NCBI GenBank assembly: GCA_043821645.1
Contig: JBDRCO010000089.1
Coordinates: 40,908 to 104,907, forward strand
Origin: Pseudomonadota bacterium
GTDB taxonomy: Bacteria; Myxococcota; JACRCW01; JAFGSX01
Direction of reading: 5' to 3'
Length of the DNA: 64,000 bases
The notes under the pieces were generated by a model, which was given only the letters and a program-made list of their open reading frames with translations, ran no database searches and was not told where the DNA came from. The position numbers and the translations under genes were made by a program. Shown in pieces: positions 38,975 to 48,070 of this stretch (positions within the stretch are counted from its first letter, which is position 1; the number at the start of each line of letters is the position of its first letter).

Positions 38975-39823
38975 ATGTATCGGTCGTACTACGAGCTCAA
39001 GCTCCGCCCCTTCAGCAAGACGCCGGATCCGGCCTTCCTGTACCGCGGCCGGGTTCACGGCGAGGCGCTGGCGAGGCTCGAACTTGGCGTCGAGGAACGC
39101 GAGATCGTGCTGCTAACCGGTGAGATCGGCTGCGGCAAGACCACACTGTCGCGGACCCTGGTGGACAGTCTGGGGGAGTCCCACCGCATTGCCCTCATCG
39201 TGCATCCCCGGATGTCCGCCACCCAGCTGCTGGAGCAGATCGCGGCACGCCTGGGCGTGGATCCGGTGCCACGGCGCAAGAGCGCGCTGGTCGACGCCCT
39301 GACCGCCCAGCTGTTCAACCTGGATGAGGCAGGGCTGACACCGGTGGTGATCATCGACGAGGCCCAGCTGATCAGCGCCAAGGGCGTGTTCGATGAACTC
39401 CGGCTGCTGTGCAACATCCAGCTCGACGACCGAGGTTTGCTCAGCCTGGTGCTCATCGGCCAGCCCGAGCTCAAGAAGAAGCTGGCACGACCAGCGTACC
39501 GGGCCTTCGCCGAGCGCATCGGACTGGGCTTTCACCTGGACCGCTTCGACCTCGAGGAGACCCGACGTTACGTCGCCCACCGGGTACAGGTGGCGGGCCG
39601 CCAGCGGGCACTTTTCACCGAGGACGCGGTGGCCGGCATCCACCACGCCGCGGACGGTGTGCCCCGGCGCATCAACAACATCGCTGCCAATTGCTTGCTG
39701 CAAGGATTCGGGCGCGAACGGGATCCTGTGGATGCCGAGATCGTGCGCGAGGTGGTCCAGGATCTGGCGCAGTTCCTGGGCGGCATCTACCGCACCCCGG
39801 AGAACGTGGGGCGGGAGCCATAG
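38975..39823 (+). CDS. ExeA/GspA-family AAA ATPase
   Basis: Y..YY.L..RPF..TPDP, Walker A GEIGCGKT, Walker B IIDEAQ, LIGQPEL, GVPRRIN. Confidence 0.88.
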   Translation: MYRSYYELKLRPFSKTPDPAFLYRGRVHGEALARLELGVEEREIVLLTGEIGCGKTTLSRTLVDSLGESHRIALIVHPRMSATQLLEQIAARLGVDPVPRRKSALVDALTAQLFNLDEAGLTPVVIIDEAQLISAKGVFDELRLLCNIQLDDRGLLSLVLIGQPELKKKLARPAYRAFAERIGLGFHLDRFDLEETRRYVAHRVQVAGRQRALFTEDAVAGIHHAADGVPRRINNIAANCLLQGFGRERDPVDAEIVREVVQDLAQFLGGIYRTPENVGREP

Positions 39824-40696
39824 ATGGACATCCTCGAGATCCGGCGGCGCGCCAAGGCGCGTCAGGAGCACAAGGGCCCGACGCCAGGAAGCGAGCCCCG
39901 GACCGACAGCACGGCAAAGGCCGACGCGGCCGCGCGGGGCACGCCCTCTGCTCGTGCCGCCGAGGAACCCCTGGCGGCGCGTGCTGTCGGGACCTCCGCG
40001 CCGAGCCGCCCGGCACCCGTTTCGGCGCAGAATAAACCTGCCGCGGCAGCGCCGGCCACGTCGCGCGAGGTGCCGAGATCAAAGGTCGCGGAGCCGCCGA
40101 GGGTCGAGGTCCAGGCCGTGACCGACGAGGAAGAGGACGAGCACATCCTGGCCGAGTTCTTTGCCTCGGAGCGCGATGCGGCGATCAATCGCTTTGCGGA
40201 TCCGACGTTGTTCTCCTCGGCTCGCGTGTTCGGGCGCGTGAGCCCGGACAGCACGCGCTACCTGACCTGCCGTGTGGGGTCCGAGGAATATGGCGTGGAG
40301 CTGTCGCGGACCCGCGAGATCTTGAAACCCCTCAAGCTGACCCCGGTGCCCCGCGCCCCGGCCGAGGTCCTTGGTGTGATCTCGCTGCGCGGCCAGGTCC
40401 TGCCCGTGGTGGACCTGACGCAGCGCCTGGGGGGGCAGGCGACGCCCCAGCCACTTCGTACGGAGCGCTACGTGGTGCTGCAACTGCAGGGAGATCTGCT
40501 GTGCATTCGCGTCGACGCGGTGAGCGGCGTGGTGGGCTTCGGCGCCGCCGAGATCGAGCCACCTCCCAAGAAGGTACGGGGTCTGGACAGCGATGCGGTG
40601 GCCGGCATCGGCCGGATCGACGAGCGCATGATCATCCTGCTGCGCATCGAGGAGCTGGTCCACGCGCTCTTCAACGATCACGGGGGTGTGGCGTGA
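39824..40696 (+). CDS. cheW: CheW with N-terminal low-complexity extension
   Basis: EEYGV...REI, VPRAP..VLGVISLRGQVLPVVDL. Confidence 0.9.
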   Translation: MDILEIRRRAKARQEHKGPTPGSEPRTDSTAKADAAARGTPSARAAEEPLAARAVGTSAPSRPAPVSAQNKPAAAAPATSREVPRSKVAEPPRVEVQAVTDEEEDEHILAEFFASERDAAINRFADPTLFSSARVFGRVSPDSTRYLTCRVGSEEYGVELSRTREILKPLKLTPVPRAPAEVLGVISLRGQVLPVVDLTQRLGGQATPQPLRTERYVVLQLQGDLLCIRVDAVSGVVGFGAAEIEPPPKKVRGLDSDAVAGIGRIDERMIILLRIEELVHALFNDHGGVA

Positions 40697-40698
40697 GC

Positions 40699-41193
40699 AT
40701 GCCCAGCACCGTGCAGCTTCTGACCTTCCTGGTGGACAGCGACGAGTACGCCCTCGACATCATGCGTGTGCGCGAGATCGCGCGGCCCCTCCCGGTACGA
40801 CCCATCCCGGGGGCGCCTGCGGGGCTGGTGGGTGTGATCAACCTGCGCCATACCGAGGTGATCCCCATCATCGACCTGCGCCGGCGCTTCGAGTTGCCGC
40901 CCGCGGCCGAGCTGCGCAACCAGCGCATCATCGTGTGTGTCGTCGAGGCGCGCCTCATCGGACTGTTCGTCGACGAGGTGGTGGACGTCGTCAACGTGGA
41001 GCGTCGGGACATCCACAGCGGGAGCGGGATCTTTCGAGGCAAGGCAGCCGGATTGTTCGCGGGTGTCTGTCACGTCCGCAATCGACTGCTGGTGCTGCTC
41101 AATCTCAAGCGATTACTGTCGTCGGAAGATCGCATCGCGATCGATGCGGTGCGCCAGGAGATCGCCAGCGCCCGGGCTGGAGAGGAATCATGA
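40699..41193 (+). CDS. cheW: CheW
   Basis: EYALDIMRVREI, GVINLR..IPIIDLRRRF, GLFVDEV. Confidence 0.9.
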   Translation: MPSTVQLLTFLVDSDEYALDIMRVREIARPLPVRPIPGAPAGLVGVINLRHTEVIPIIDLRRRFELPPAAELRNQRIIVCVVEARLIGLFVDEVVDVVNVERRDIHSGSGIFRGKAAGLFAGVCHVRNRLLVLLNLKRLLSSEDRIAIDAVRQEIASARAGEES

Positions 41194-42053
41194 GCGAGAA
41201 GGCCTACTACTGTCCCGAGTGCGGCAGGCGGTACCTGCTCGACCTCGTCGTCCCGGAGCAGACGGTCCGAGTGGTATGCGGGAGCTGCGAGGTCCTGTTC
41301 GATCCCGAGCAGGCCACCGCGCACCCGATCCCGGAAGGCGGGTTGTCAGGGGCCTCCTCGGTGATGGTGGCCCACGAGTCGCCTTCGGTCTGCGCCTCCG
41401 TGGGGCGGGTTCTGCGCAGCTCGGGCTACGTGCCGCGTTACGTGCACACGGGGACAGCAGCCCTGGCCGCCTTTGATCGCGCGCTCCTGGATCTGCCAGT
41501 CGCCCTGGTTCTCGACGTCGGTGTGCCCGAGATGCTGGCCTTCGACGTGATGGCCAGCCTGCGGCGACGCGAGGACCTGCGCGCGTTGCCCATCGTGCTC
41601 CTGGCCTCGGTGTTCGACCCGACCCGCTACAAGCGGCGACCGTCGACACTGCACGGCGCCAACACCTACCTCGAGCTGCACCACGTACCGGATCGACTCC
41701 CCGAGATTCTCCGCGAGCACCTCGGGGATGGGCTCGCCCGCGGCTATCGGGGGCACCTGCCCGGCGAGTATGCGGTCTCCGAGGCCATTCGCCAGGGAGC
41801 CGAGGTCGACGGCGATGATCGCGCACGCATCGACGCGCGCCGTATCGTGTCCGACATCGCGCTCTACCATGAACAGGAGATCTTGCAGGGGCTGGCCGAG
41901 GATGACCTCGAGCAGCGCCTGCAGGATGCGTTCGAGGAAGGACGCCAGCTGTTCCTGAAGGCGACGCGAGAACTGGGGCCGCTCCGGGGTGATCCTTACC
42001 AGCAAGCGGTGAAAGATCTGGTGGCCTCGATTCGTCGCCGCAGCGAGATGTGA
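41190..42053 (+). CDS. Zn-ribbon + atypical receiver domain + conserved helical C-terminal domain
   Basis: CPEC...CGSC ribbon, LDVGVP receiver, ARRIVSDIALY C-terminus. Confidence 0.8.
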   Translation: MSEKAYYCPECGRRYLLDLVVPEQTVRVVCGSCEVLFDPEQATAHPIPEGGLSGASSVMVAHESPSVCASVGRVLRSSGYVPRYVHTGTAALAAFDRALLDLPVALVLDVGVPEMLAFDVMASLRRREDLRALPIVLLASVFDPTRYKRRPSTLHGANTYLELHHVPDRLPEILREHLGDGLARGYRGHLPGEYAVSEAIRQGAEVDGDDRARIDARRIVSDIALYHEQEILQGLAEDDLEQRLQDAFEEGRQLFLKATRELGPLRGDPYQQAVKDLVASIRRRSEM

Positions 42054-42095
42054 GTCGCGACGTCGCCAGGGCGAAGAGGAGGACCAAGGAGAACC

Positions 42096-44291
42096 GTGGC
42101 AGACCTGCAGTCCATACGCGAGGACCTGGCTTCCCCCGACGAGGAGGTGCGCTACCAGGCGGTACGCCTGTCCTCCACCCTGGGGCCGGACGAGCTGCGC
42201 GTGGCTCTGGCGGACGTTCTTGGAGATGACTCCTGGCGGGTTCGCAAGCAGGCGGTGGCCCTTCTCGCCCGGGTGGTCGACGACACGACCGCCTGGCAAC
42301 TGGTACAGACAGGGATCGGCGATCCCGATAACGCCGGTCATCGCGCCTCGGCCCTGGAGTTGCTCGGTGAACTGCTACCGCGCCTGTGGTTCAGGCTGCT
42401 GCAGCTCAGCCGCGATCCCTCACCAGCCCTTCGCAAGTTTGCTATCGACGCCGTGGCAGCCCATCCCTCGGTCGAGGCGCTCACCTTGCTGGAGGAGCGG
42501 CTTGCGGAGGGAGACGCCAACGTGCGTGCCGCGGCGGTCGAGGTTGTCGGCCGGATCGATCATCCCCGGTCCCGGGGCCTGCTGCGCCAGGTGGTGGAGG
42601 AGCGGGCCCGGCGTGACGCTCTCGAGGTTGTGGCGGCGCTGCATGGTCTGGTTGAGCTGCGCGAGGACCTGCCCCAGGCGATGTTGCTGCCGATGCTGGC
42701 GGACCCCTTGCTCCGCCCCCCGGCCTTGCAGCTCCTCGCGCGCTGCCCCGGCACCGAGGTTATTGAGTTGCTGGTGTCCGCGCTGGATCCCAGGAGCCCG
42801 AGCAAGGCCCGGGCGGCGGCCGGGGGACTTGCGGAACGGGGTCGCCGGGGTGACGAGGACCTGCGCAGCGTGGCGATGGCTCTGCGTCGTGGTCGCGACG
42901 TGCCCCAGGCTCTTCGCCTGGTGTTTCAGTCGCACAGCCTGGTCGATGCGCGAGCAGCGAGCGTGCTGGCCGGCTGGCTGGCGGATACCGAGCTGGTCGC
43001 GGATCTTTACACTCTGCGCCGGGGACGCTGGGTCGAGCGCGATCTGATGGATGCGCTGCGTCGCTGCGGACCCGAGCGCGGCGTGGCCCTGGCGAACCGG
43101 CTGGACAGCATGGAGCCCGGAGACCAGGTGGTGGCCATCGATGCGCTGTCCGTGGTTGCAGACGATACGTGCCTGACTCCCGTCGAGCGCCTGCTGCGCT
43201 TCGGGCGGGGTCAAGCCGCTGCCACCGCCGCGCGCTGTCTGGGCGAGCTGGGCGGCCTGCAGCGGTGCGCCTCCCTCGAGGGCTTGCTTAGCGACAGCGA
43301 TGCGACTCTGGCCGCAACCTGTCGGATCGCTCTGGACCGGATCCGGGCGCGGCACGGGCTGGTACTGGCCGAGAGTCCACCGCGGATTCCTTCCCCGGAG
43401 CTCCCGCTGACCCAGCGCTCCTCGGCGAGCGATCTGGGGGCCGTGGCACCGCTGTCGAGAGGGACTTTCCAGACGCTTCGCGATGCCATCCGGGACCGAA
43501 CCGGTATCCACTTCGCGGAGGATGCGGTGGAGCGTCTGGAGATGCGCCTGCGCCCGCGCCTGCTCGAACTCGGGATCCAGCAATTCGAGGCCTACGTGCA
43601 GCTCCTCCAGCGTGGCGAGGACGCGAGCCAGGCGGAATTCGGGGCCCTGGTCGAGCGCATCACCACCCACGAGACCTATTTCTTCCGCGAGAAGCACCAG
43701 CTCGACGCCTTCGTGGGCGAGGTGCTGCCGGATCTGAAGCAGCGACGGCAACGCGATCGCCGTCTGCGCGTCTGGTCGGCAGGTTGCGCTACTGGCGAGG
43801 AGGTCTACACCCTGGGCATGCTGATTCAGGACTGCGGCCTGTTCGCGGACTGGGACATCGAACTCGTCGGTTCGGACATTGCTTCCACGGTCATCGCCCG
43901 CGCCCGCCAGGGAGTGTATGGCGACAACAGTTTCCGCGACGACGACCGAAGCTACCTGGAACGCCATTTCGAGCGCCAGGGCGATCGCTTTCGCATCAAG
44001 GACAGCCTGCGCCGGCTGACCCAGTTCAACGTCCTCAATCTTCTCAACCGGGAAGCACTCGGTGAGCTCCCGGGTTTCGACGCCATCTTCTGCCGCAACG
44101 TGCTCATCTACTTCCACCAGGAGGCCAAGCTGCAACTCGTGGACAGCTTCTACAAGCTGCTCAGGCCGGGTGGATACCTGATGCTGGGGCACGCCGAATC
44201 CTTGCTCAACCTGTCCACGGACTTCGAGGTGGTACCCCTGCGGACGGACCTGGTCTACCGTCGCCCTGGCGCCGCCCAGGTGGCTTCATGA
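42096..44291 (+). CDS. cheR: HEAT-repeat protein fused to CheR methyltransferase
   Basis: HEAT repeats (D.SWRVRK.AV, DANVRAAAVE) followed in frame by TTHETYFFRE, WSAGCATGEE, FCRNVLIYF, GYLMLGHAES. Confidence 0.88.
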   Translation: MADLQSIREDLASPDEEVRYQAVRLSSTLGPDELRVALADVLGDDSWRVRKQAVALLARVVDDTTAWQLVQTGIGDPDNAGHRASALELLGELLPRLWFRLLQLSRDPSPALRKFAIDAVAAHPSVEALTLLEERLAEGDANVRAAAVEVVGRIDHPRSRGLLRQVVEERARRDALEVVAALHGLVELREDLPQAMLLPMLADPLLRPPALQLLARCPGTEVIELLVSALDPRSPSKARAAAGGLAERGRRGDEDLRSVAMALRRGRDVPQALRLVFQSHSLVDARAASVLAGWLADTELVADLYTLRRGRWVERDLMDALRRCGPERGVALANRLDSMEPGDQVVAIDALSVVADDTCLTPVERLLRFGRGQAAATAARCLGELGGLQRCASLEGLLSDSDATLAATCRIALDRIRARHGLVLAESPPRIPSPELPLTQRSSASDLGAVAPLSRGTFQTLRDAIRDRTGIHFAEDAVERLEMRLRPRLLELGIQQFEAYVQLLQRGEDASQAEFGALVERITTHETYFFREKHQLDAFVGEVLPDLKQRRQRDRRLRVWSAGCATGEEVYTLGMLIQDCGLFADWDIELVGSDIASTVIARARQGVYGDNSFRDDDRSYLERHFERQGDRFRIKDSLRRLTQFNVLNLLNREALGELPGFDAIFCRNVLIYFHQEAKLQLVDSFYKLLRPGGYLMLGHAESLLNLSTDFEVVPLRTDLVYRRPGAAQVAS

Positions 44292-45358
44292 GCGCGTCCA
44301 CTCCCATCCGTGTGCTCATCGTCGACGACTCCGCCGCGGGGCGTGCTGCCATCGCCGAGGTCCTCGACGCTGCGGGTGACATCCAGGTGGTGGGTCGCGC
44401 CATGGATGGCGCCGAGGCCTTGCAGCTGGTTCAGCGCCTGCAACCGGATCTGTTGACCCTGGACCTCGAGATGCCGCGCATGGACGGCTTTTCCTTCCTG
44501 CGCATCATGCGTGCCCAGCGTCCGCGACCTGTCATCGTCGTCAGCAGCGACACTCGACCCGAAGCTTCGATCCAGGCCCTCGAGCTGGGGGCTTTTGACT
44601 TCGTGGTCAAACCCGGACGGCTGACCGGGCAGAACCTGGTGGCGATGGGTGAGCAGCTCGTGCTCACGATCCGGGCCGCCCTGGGCAAGCGGGCTCCAGC
44701 GCCCGTGCAGTTCGAGCGTCGGCCGCCAGGGAGCGCCACCCTGAACGCGATCCGGGTGCCACCCGAGCGCGTGCGTCTGATCGCGATCGGAGCCTCCACC
44801 GGTGGCCCCATGGCCATCCAGAGCATCCTCAGCGAGCTGGCGGAGCCCCTCGACTGCCCCGTGATCATTGCCCAGCACATGCCTGCGCAATTCACCTACG
44901 CCTTCGCCGATCGCCTGGATCGGACGCTGACGCACCGCGTGCACGAAGCCCGGGACGGGGATGTCTTGGAGCCCGGCCAGGTGCTGATCGCGCCGGGCGG
45001 TCAGCGCACCACGGTGGGTTTCGACGCCGAGGGCACGCTGGTAGCGCGGGTTTCCGCGATGCCGGAGCGAGATCCGTACACGCCATCGGTGGACAGGCTG
45101 TTCGAGACCGCCGCCGCGTGCTGTCGCGCCGAGCTGGTCGCCGTGGTGCTCACGGGCATGGGAGCCGACGGCGCCATGGGCGTGCGCGCCGTCGACGAGC
45201 TGGGTGGCCTGGTGATCACCGAGTCCCCGGAGACCGCGCTCATCGATGGCATGCCCGAGGAGGCGCGACGGGCGTGTCCGAGCGCGCGTTCCTTGCGTCT
45301 GGACCAGATCGCACGCGTCCTGAGCAAGCTCGGGCGCCTGCGCCAGACCGAGGCATGA
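44288..45358 (+). CDS. cheB: Chemotaxis methylesterase CheB (receiver + esterase)
   Basis: GASTGGP, QHMP, PSVD, LTGMGADG; N-terminal receiver domain. Confidence 0.95.
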   Translation: MSASTPIRVLIVDDSAAGRAAIAEVLDAAGDIQVVGRAMDGAEALQLVQRLQPDLLTLDLEMPRMDGFSFLRIMRAQRPRPVIVVSSDTRPEASIQALELGAFDFVVKPGRLTGQNLVAMGEQLVLTIRAALGKRAPAPVQFERRPPGSATLNAIRVPPERVRLIAIGASTGGPMAIQSILSELAEPLDCPVIIAQHMPAQFTYAFADRLDRTLTHRVHEARDGDVLEPGQVLIAPGGQRTTVGFDAEGTLVARVSAMPERDPYTPSVDRLFETAAACCRAELVAVVLTGMGADGAMGVRAVDELGGLVITESPETALIDGMPEEARRACPSARSLRLDQIARVLSKLGRLRQTEA

Positions 45359-45439
45359 CGTGGGCCCAGCCCTGTGCTTGAGCGTGGCTGCGCCGTCGTG
45401 GTAGTGACATCTGGCGTTAGGAAACACGGAGAGGACCAC

Positions 45440-46300
45440 ATGGCTGCGAAGAAGACGCCCTCCAAGACCCGGGGCCAGGAAGGAGCCGGCGGCCTGTTCG
45501 ATGGTCGCGAGGACTTCATCCAGGTCTTCAAGCGTGGAGCCGAGTTCTACGAGGAGCTGCTCGGAGAGAACGAGCGCCTGCGCTACCGCAATGCATCCCT
45601 CGAGGACGAGCTGGCCGCCCTGCACAAGGGCATCGAGGAGACCGGTCTGATCGAGCAGCTGCGGCGGCAGATTACCGAGCTCACGGCCGAGCGCGAGAGC
45701 CTGCTGGGTCGTTTCCGGGACGTCGAGAAGGCCAGCTCGGACTACGCCTCGCGGTATGCCGAGATCGAGGAAGAACACAACACCCTGGCCAACCTGTACA
45801 TCGCCAGCTACCAGCTGCACTCGACGCTGTCCTTTGCCGAGGTGGTGCGCATCATCCTTGAGATCGCCATCAACCTGATCGGCATCGGGCGCCTGGTCCT
45901 GTACGTGCTTGACCGCGCCCAGAACAAGCTCTTCCCGGTGGCCGGCGACGGCCTGGGAGAGCAGTTCGACGTGGTGCAGCGCGCGCCGGTGGAGGTGGGG
46001 CAGGGCATCATCGGCGAGGCCCTGGCCAGCGGCACGCAGTACATCTCGGATCCGCCCGACGAGAGGAGTGGTGTGCTCGCGGTGATACCGCTGATGGCCG
46101 GAGAGCGCGCCGTGGGTGCCCTGGTGCTCGAGCGCTTCCTGCAACAGAAGAGCGCGTGGCACCGCGTGGATCACGAACTGTTCACCTTGCTCGGTGCGCA
46201 CGCCGGCACGGCACTGCAAGCGGCGGTGATGGCGGCCAGCATCGAGGGCGATACCCTGACCGAGGCGCGCGCCCGGCAGCTGCTGACGGAGCACACATGA
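45440..46300 (+). CDS. Coiled-coil + GAF domain protein
   Basis: EELL.ENERLR coiled coil, LANLYIASYQLHSTL, GQGIIG, IPL...VGAL. Confidence 0.85.
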   Translation: MAAKKTPSKTRGQEGAGGLFDGREDFIQVFKRGAEFYEELLGENERLRYRNASLEDELAALHKGIEETGLIEQLRRQITELTAERESLLGRFRDVEKASSDYASRYAEIEEEHNTLANLYIASYQLHSTLSFAEVVRIILEIAINLIGIGRLVLYVLDRAQNKLFPVAGDGLGEQFDVVQRAPVEVGQGIIGEALASGTQYISDPPDERSGVLAVIPLMAGERAVGALVLERFLQQKSAWHRVDHELFTLLGAHAGTALQAAVMAASIEGDTLTEARARQLLTEHT

Positions 46301-46677
46301 GCCAGACACTCCACGCACTGGTGGTCGAAGATTCGCCGACCATGCGACAGCTCATCGTGTTCGCGCTGTCCCGCATCCGCAACCTGCGGGTGATCGAGGC
46401 CGAGGACGGCGTCGATGGGCTCAAGAAGCTGAGCCAGCAGAAGTTCGACATTCTCATCACCGACATCAACATGCCGATGATGGACGGGCTCAAGCTGGTC
46501 TCCATGGTGCGCCGCGACGAGGTGCACAAGGACATCCCCATCGTCATCATCACCACCGAGGGAGCCCAGGAGGACCGCCAGCGTGCCCTCAGCCTGGGTG
46601 CCAACGCCTACATCACCAAGCCCATCCAGGCACCTCAGGTCATCAGCAAGATCAAAGAGTTGCTTCAGATCAGCTGA
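46297..46677 (+). CDS. cheY: CheY-like single-domain response regulator
   Basis: LVVEDS, DINMPMMDG, ITTEG, GANAYITKP. Confidence 0.92.
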   Translation: MSQTLHALVVEDSPTMRQLIVFALSRIRNLRVIEAEDGVDGLKKLSQQKFDILITDINMPMMDGLKLVSMVRRDEVHKDIPIVIITTEGAQEDRQRALSLGANAYITKPIQAPQVISKIKELLQIS

Positions 46678-46813
46678 TCCTGCACCGAGGCCCGGGCATC
46701 CCGGCGACGTGCACTCCCTGCCGGCTCGGACTGTGACCAAAAGCACAGCCACTGCGATACTATGGGCAAGGGGGCGATGAACCCTGTCGGGGGGCACGCA
46801 GCCGGAGGCGCGC

Positions 46814-47266
46814 ATGAAGGCCAATCTCGTCCAACGCAAGCAGCAGATCCTCAGCGAACTTCGCAGCATGGCCGCCGACAAGGCCAAGGACGGGGTGTTC
46901 GACCGCAGCGACGTCGAGGCTCTGCTCAGCCGCGCCAAGAGCGACGGCGAGGTCACCACCGTCGAGGCCAAGGACCTGAGCTTCGTGCGCGAGGAATACG
47001 CCGGCATCATGACCAAGGATGCGGCGTCCTTCCTCGACGGTTTCCTGTCGTCGTGGATCGCGGACCAGATTGGCCGCGAGATGCGCAAGCGCGAGAAGGA
47101 AAAGGAGCGCGAGAAGAAGATCGAGTCGCACATCGAACGCATCGACGACGGGCTCGAGGCGCTGCAGCGCTGGCGTGACGAGGTGGATCAGCGCATGCGG
47201 GCCATGGATGTCGACGACAAGCAACGCGTCATGATCTCCAGCTTCTTCAACCTGAAGCGCGATTGA
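46814..47266 (+). CDS. Hypothetical helical/coiled-coil protein
   Basis: GGAGG RBS and host-like codon usage; no recognised family. Confidence 0.7.
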   Translation: MKANLVQRKQQILSELRSMAADKAKDGVFDRSDVEALLSRAKSDGEVTTVEAKDLSFVREEYAGIMTKDAASFLDGFLSSWIADQIGREMRKREKEKEREKKIESHIERIDDGLEALQRWRDEVDQRMRAMDVDDKQRVMISSFFNLKRD

Positions 47267-47303
47267 TCGCAGCACGCGCTCACTCCACGGATCCTCGATT
47301 CCC

Positions 47304-48005
47304 ATGACAAAGGACCGCGTGCCTGCAGATGGCTCGGGCGCCATGTTCGATGCCATCGCGCCGCGCTACGACCTGCTCAACCGGGTGCTGTCCCTCGGCA
47401 TCGACCGATCGTGGCGACGTCGCGCCGTGCGCCAGCTGGCCTGCGTCGACGGCGGGCTGTACCTGGACCTGGCCTGCGGCACCGCGGACGTCGCCCTGAC
47501 CCTGCTGGCCACGCAGGACCGGGCGCGGGTTGTTGGCCTCGACCCCTCGCTGGGCATGCTGCGGCAGGCTGCACGCAAGGGCCTCCCCGTCGACAGCGCG
47601 ACGCTCCTGCTGGGCGCGGCCGCGGGCGAGAACCTGCCCCTGCGCGACGCCTCCGTGCATGGCGCCATCATGGCCTTCGGCATCCGCAACGCCGTGGACA
47701 GGCTCGCCTGCCTGCGCGAGCTGGGGCGGGTCGTCAGGCCCGGCGGTCGCGTGGTGGTGCTCGAGCTGGGCGAGCCGCGGGGACCCTCGGGCGTGCTGTA
47801 CCGCGCCTACTTCCGGGGTGTGGCGCCCGTGCTGGGTGGCCTGCTGTCGCGCGGCACCGCCTACCGCTACCTCACGCAGTCGGTGGCGGCCTTCCCCGAG
47901 CCCGAGGCCTTCGCCGCATTGCTGCGCCAGGCGGGCCTGCAGCTGCTTGGCGTCGAGCGCCTGACCCTGGGCGCCGCCCACATCTACACGGCACAGCGAC
48001 CCTGA
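47304..48005 (+). CDS. menG: UbiE/MenG-family quinone C-methyltransferase
   Basis: MFDAIAPRYDLLNRVLSLGID..WR, LDLACGTAD, AFGIRN, AYRYL..SV..FP. Confidence 0.88.
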   Translation: MTKDRVPADGSGAMFDAIAPRYDLLNRVLSLGIDRSWRRRAVRQLACVDGGLYLDLACGTADVALTLLATQDRARVVGLDPSLGMLRQAARKGLPVDSATLLLGAAAGENLPLRDASVHGAIMAFGIRNAVDRLACLRELGRVVRPGGRVVVLELGEPRGPSGVLYRAYFRGVAPVLGGLLSRGTAYRYLTQSVAAFPEPEAFAALLRQAGLQLLGVERLTLGAAHIYTAQRP

Positions 48006-48070
48006 GCTGCGGGTCCGGACGTGCGGCCGGCGCGAAAAAGGGCTACACAGATCCCCGTCGGAGGTGGGCC

